From a virus (taxonomy: Duplodnaviria > Caudoviricetes): a stretch of DNA of 64,000 nt. The notes beneath the pieces are model-generated. The model was not told the origin of the DNA. It was given only the letters and a program-made list of their open reading frames with translations, and did not search any database. Shown here piece by piece: positions 61,827-64,000 of this stretch; position 1 is the first letter of the stretch; each line of letters begins with the position of its first letter. A program made the translations under genes and the position numbers. The stretch is from the IMG/VR virus record IMGVR_UViG_3300020576_005257, positions 96,001 to 160,000 of that record; one strand, written 5' to 3'.

Positions 61827-64000
61827 TATACGTTCTGTTTCAATTCTTCGTAAGCTCTCAATCTAATAGGATCTTGTCTATCAGTGTGGGATTGTTTTGA
61901 AAATCTACCATTAGAATATTTACTGGCTACATTGCTAAAACGACTTTCTAAAACGGCAAGTTGATTTTTATCTTTAACATATCCTTTTACATTTATTTTC
62001 AACTTAAACGGTTGAGTCTGCCCAGTAAAAACATTTGGAGGTTCTGGGTCTCCAGGTATTTCTGACATTGCTCCAATAACCCCTGGAGATTGGTCAGATG
62101 CATAGCCACCAGAATACTGCTCTTTTGGCTTAGTAATTCCAGCAAGCATAGCTGCAACTCCACCAGCAACAATCAAAGCTCCCATAACCTTTCTTTGTTT
62201 AGTTAAATCAACAATAGCTTCTCCCAATAGTCCTTCATGTTGAACTTTAAGAGCTTGCTTAAATACGTCGTCTCCACTATTCTCGGTAGCTATGGTAGCT
62301 GCTTTAGTGGCTATGGTGGTCATAGCTTCTACTGTAGTTTGTTTAGGGATCCCCTCACTAATTAAACCTTGATAATGTAAAGCTACTGCATTAAGACTCT
62401 TCAATACATACTCAGACCCTGAGTTCTCTGTTAGTTGGGTGCTGGTATCTACAAAAGATGCTATTAGTTTCTTTCTGGAAATGTCATCCATTTTGGCTTC
62501 GTAGGCAGTAGCGTTTAACTTTCTAGCTTGTTCCATAATAAGATCCATTAAACCACCACCCCCTTTCCCATCTAATCTACCTAACATCTTCTCGGATGTA
62601 GTAACAATATCATCTGTAGCCTCACGGCTAATCATTGGAATCAAATGTTCTAGGTTGGCTCTTTCATATGCGTCTGTAAAATAAGCCGATACACCAGTAG
62701 CGTCTTTCTTATAAATGGCACCCATAAAATCATGCATAGCATCAGCACCATGTTCATGTTTGCCAAATGAAGTGTGTAGTTGTTGCTCTATCATTGCAGC
62801 AACTTCTTTCGCGTTAACTTGTGGGTTTATATCAGCTGCATCTTCAAGAAATTTTTCTTTTCTATCAAGAACACTTTTCATAAGTCTTTTCTTGAAAGGA
62901 TCAGATCGCATAATATTCTCTAGAGCTTCTGGAATATCACCATACTCACCATTTTTATCTAAGAAATGCATAGATGCCATAGCTGAATTCAAATTTGGAA
63001 TTGAGTCATGTATATTCATTGAGTTAGCGTAGTTTGTAACTGCGGCCCTTAAACCTGAAACATCACTAATACCTGCTCCTCTGACAATATGATTTATATC
63101 TGCTCTGTTCTCTCTGGAGAAAGATAATAAGGTTTGACTAGCAAGTTGTCTTACTTTTACTTCTACCTCTGTCATAGCCGTATCAGGGTTCAAAGCAAAA
63201 GATACTGCATCTGTATAAGCACCAGATTTGGAAGAAACTCTAAGGCCCATTGTAGGAGCACCTGTAAACATAGCACTATGTAATTCATGTGCATTATCAA
63301 TCCTTCCAGCCATGTTAATAGACATCAACATAGCTTGATGCATAGCTCTGGTATCTCCATCCATACCTTGTCTAGCAGTAGAGATTAATCTTTGACCAAA
63401 CTCAGAATCTATAACGTTGGATAAATTAGATCCCTCTTCGTACATTTTTCTCTGAGTAGGGTTACGTAGTGCTTCTTCAAGATTTAAGCGTAATGAGGCC
63501 TCAAAAGCCTGTCTTGATTCTTCCATTACTGGCATATTGGCCCCTTGTACCATTCTATCAATAACATTATCCATAATGTCATCATAGTTTTTAGTCTGAC
63601 CAGCAATACGATCAAATACAGCCACCCCACGAGCTTCTTTTTGTAGTAGGTTTTTGATTTCAGAATGAACTGTTAGCTCATGTAATCCCCAGGCAGTTTG
63701 AGTAAAATTAGTATGAACTCCAGTTCTGTTGTAACTTGAGGTTACAATTGAACTAATTCCACGAATAATTCTCCCAGCCTGTTCTTTAGCTGCCTGACCA
63801 GTCCACTCAGCCACTAAGCCAGCTTGATCTTGGCCTAATTTACCATCGGTTAAAGTGAGTTGTCTAAGTTTAGATATAGATGCACCTAGCATGTGGGTAT
63901 TCATTGCATCTAAGCTAACCCTAGAGCCAGTACCTCTAACAGCACCGCCCTCTAACATTTCCATGCGTTCAAATACAGCTCTAACTCCAGAGTTCCCTAT
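61826..64000 (-). CDS. C-terminal part of a large helical virion protein (tape-measure-like); 5' end lies outside the window
   Basis: frame is open through 64000 (IGNSGVRAVFER precedes Met 63964); Ala-rich helical; hydrophobic segment VMGALIVAGGVAAMLAGI; upstream of the hub. Confidence 0.55.
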   Translation of the reverse strand: MGNSGVRAVFERMEMLEGGAVRGTGSRVSLDAMNTHMLGASISKLRQLTLTDGKLGQDQAGLVAEWTGQAAKEQAGRIIRGISSIVTSSYNRTGVHTNFTQTAWGLHELTVHSEIKNLLQKEARGVAVFDRIAGQTKNYDDIMDNVIDRMVQGANMPVMEESRQAFEASLRLNLEEALRNPTQRKMYEEGSNLSNVIDSEFGQRLISTARQGMDGDTRAMHQAMLMSINMAGRIDNAHELHSAMFTGAPTMGLRVSSKSGAYTDAVSFALNPDTAMTEVEVKVRQLASQTLLSFSRENRADINHIVRGAGISDVSGLRAAVTNYANSMNIHDSIPNLNSAMASMHFLDKNGEYGDIPEALENIMRSDPFKKRLMKSVLDRKEKFLEDAADINPQVNAKEVAAMIEQQLHTSFGKHEHGADAMHDFMGAIYKKDATGVSAYFTDAYERANLEHLIPMISREATDDIVTTSEKMLGRLDGKGGGGLMDLIMEQARKLNATAYEAKMDDISRKKLIASFVDTSTQLTENSGSEYVLKSLNAVALHYQGLISEGIPKQTTVEAMTTIATKAATIATENSGDDVFKQALKVQHEGLLGEAIVDLTKQRKVMGALIVAGGVAAMLAGITKPKEQYSGGYASDQSPGVIGAMSEIPGDPEPPNVFTGQTQPFKLKINVKGYVKDKNQLAVLESRFSNVASKYSNGRFSKQSHTDRQDPIRLRAYEELKQNV

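Noticed and set aside
3893-63032. Many short + strand ORFs opposite long minus-strand genes (e.g. 10177..10524, 24853..25221, 43502..43807, 62715..63032) and nested alternative-frame ORFs
   Set aside because: Shadow ORFs of well-supported genes, with no motifs or RBS
63962-63964. ATG 63964 as the true start of the last gene
   Set aside because: The frame stays open to the window edge, so the gene is 5'-truncated
1-64000. Stop-codon reassignment as in some jumbo phages
   Set aside because: Genes tile densely and recognisable proteins are full length in the standard code; TAA, TAG and TGA all serve as stops
41468-64000. Bacterial contractile injection system or tailocin rather than phage
   Set aside because: Context includes RuvC, homing endonucleases, sigma-like genes and many small hypotheticals with no housekeeping synteny; capsid and terminase are not in the window, so the phage call is contextual

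Overview
This AT-rich (about 35% GC by eye), gene-dense window looks like part of a large tailed-phage genome, probably a jumbo myovirus. It uses the standard code, and I found no rRNA, tRNA or CRISPR array. 1-3250 is a short + strand block (RlmN/Cfr-like radical SAM enzyme, phosphodiester glycosidase, hypotheticals). Everything from 3308 onward is on the - strand. In transcription order from the right end: a truncated tape-measure-like protein, a 2683-aa baseplate hub-like protein, GH73 and M15 peptidoglycan hydrolases, a GIY-YIG endonuclease, gp25-like and baseplate-J wedge genes, and about 19 kb of paralogous baseplate/fibre proteins. Non-structural inserts (GT4 with SEC-C motif; RuvC plus GroEL) interrupt this module. 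Next come a sigma-like gene, a tandem two-domain GroES, RemA and a degenerate kinase. A roughly 11-kb sugar-modification cluster follows (GT2s, GT9, RmlD, acyl- and methyltransferase, PhyH dioxygenase, SDR, intein-containing DegT aminotransferase). The block ends with a PD-(D/E)XK nuclease, an amidase, a Ycf45/SpoIIIAA ATPase and a second sigma-like gene. The most notable observations: (1) a free-standing GIY-YIG gene starts with a recoded copy of its neighbour's first 17 codons; (2) two unrelated wall hydrolases share a 35-aa N-terminal tag beside a hub carrying a degenerate lytic transglycosylase; (3) GroEL co-occurs with a Cpn20-like tandem GroES; (4) an intein sits in a sugar aminotransferase; (5) two recurring intergenic motifs (ACACTA, CTCTATTT) and an RBS-occluding hairpin are present. 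All protein calls come from motif recognition by eye; no database search was run.
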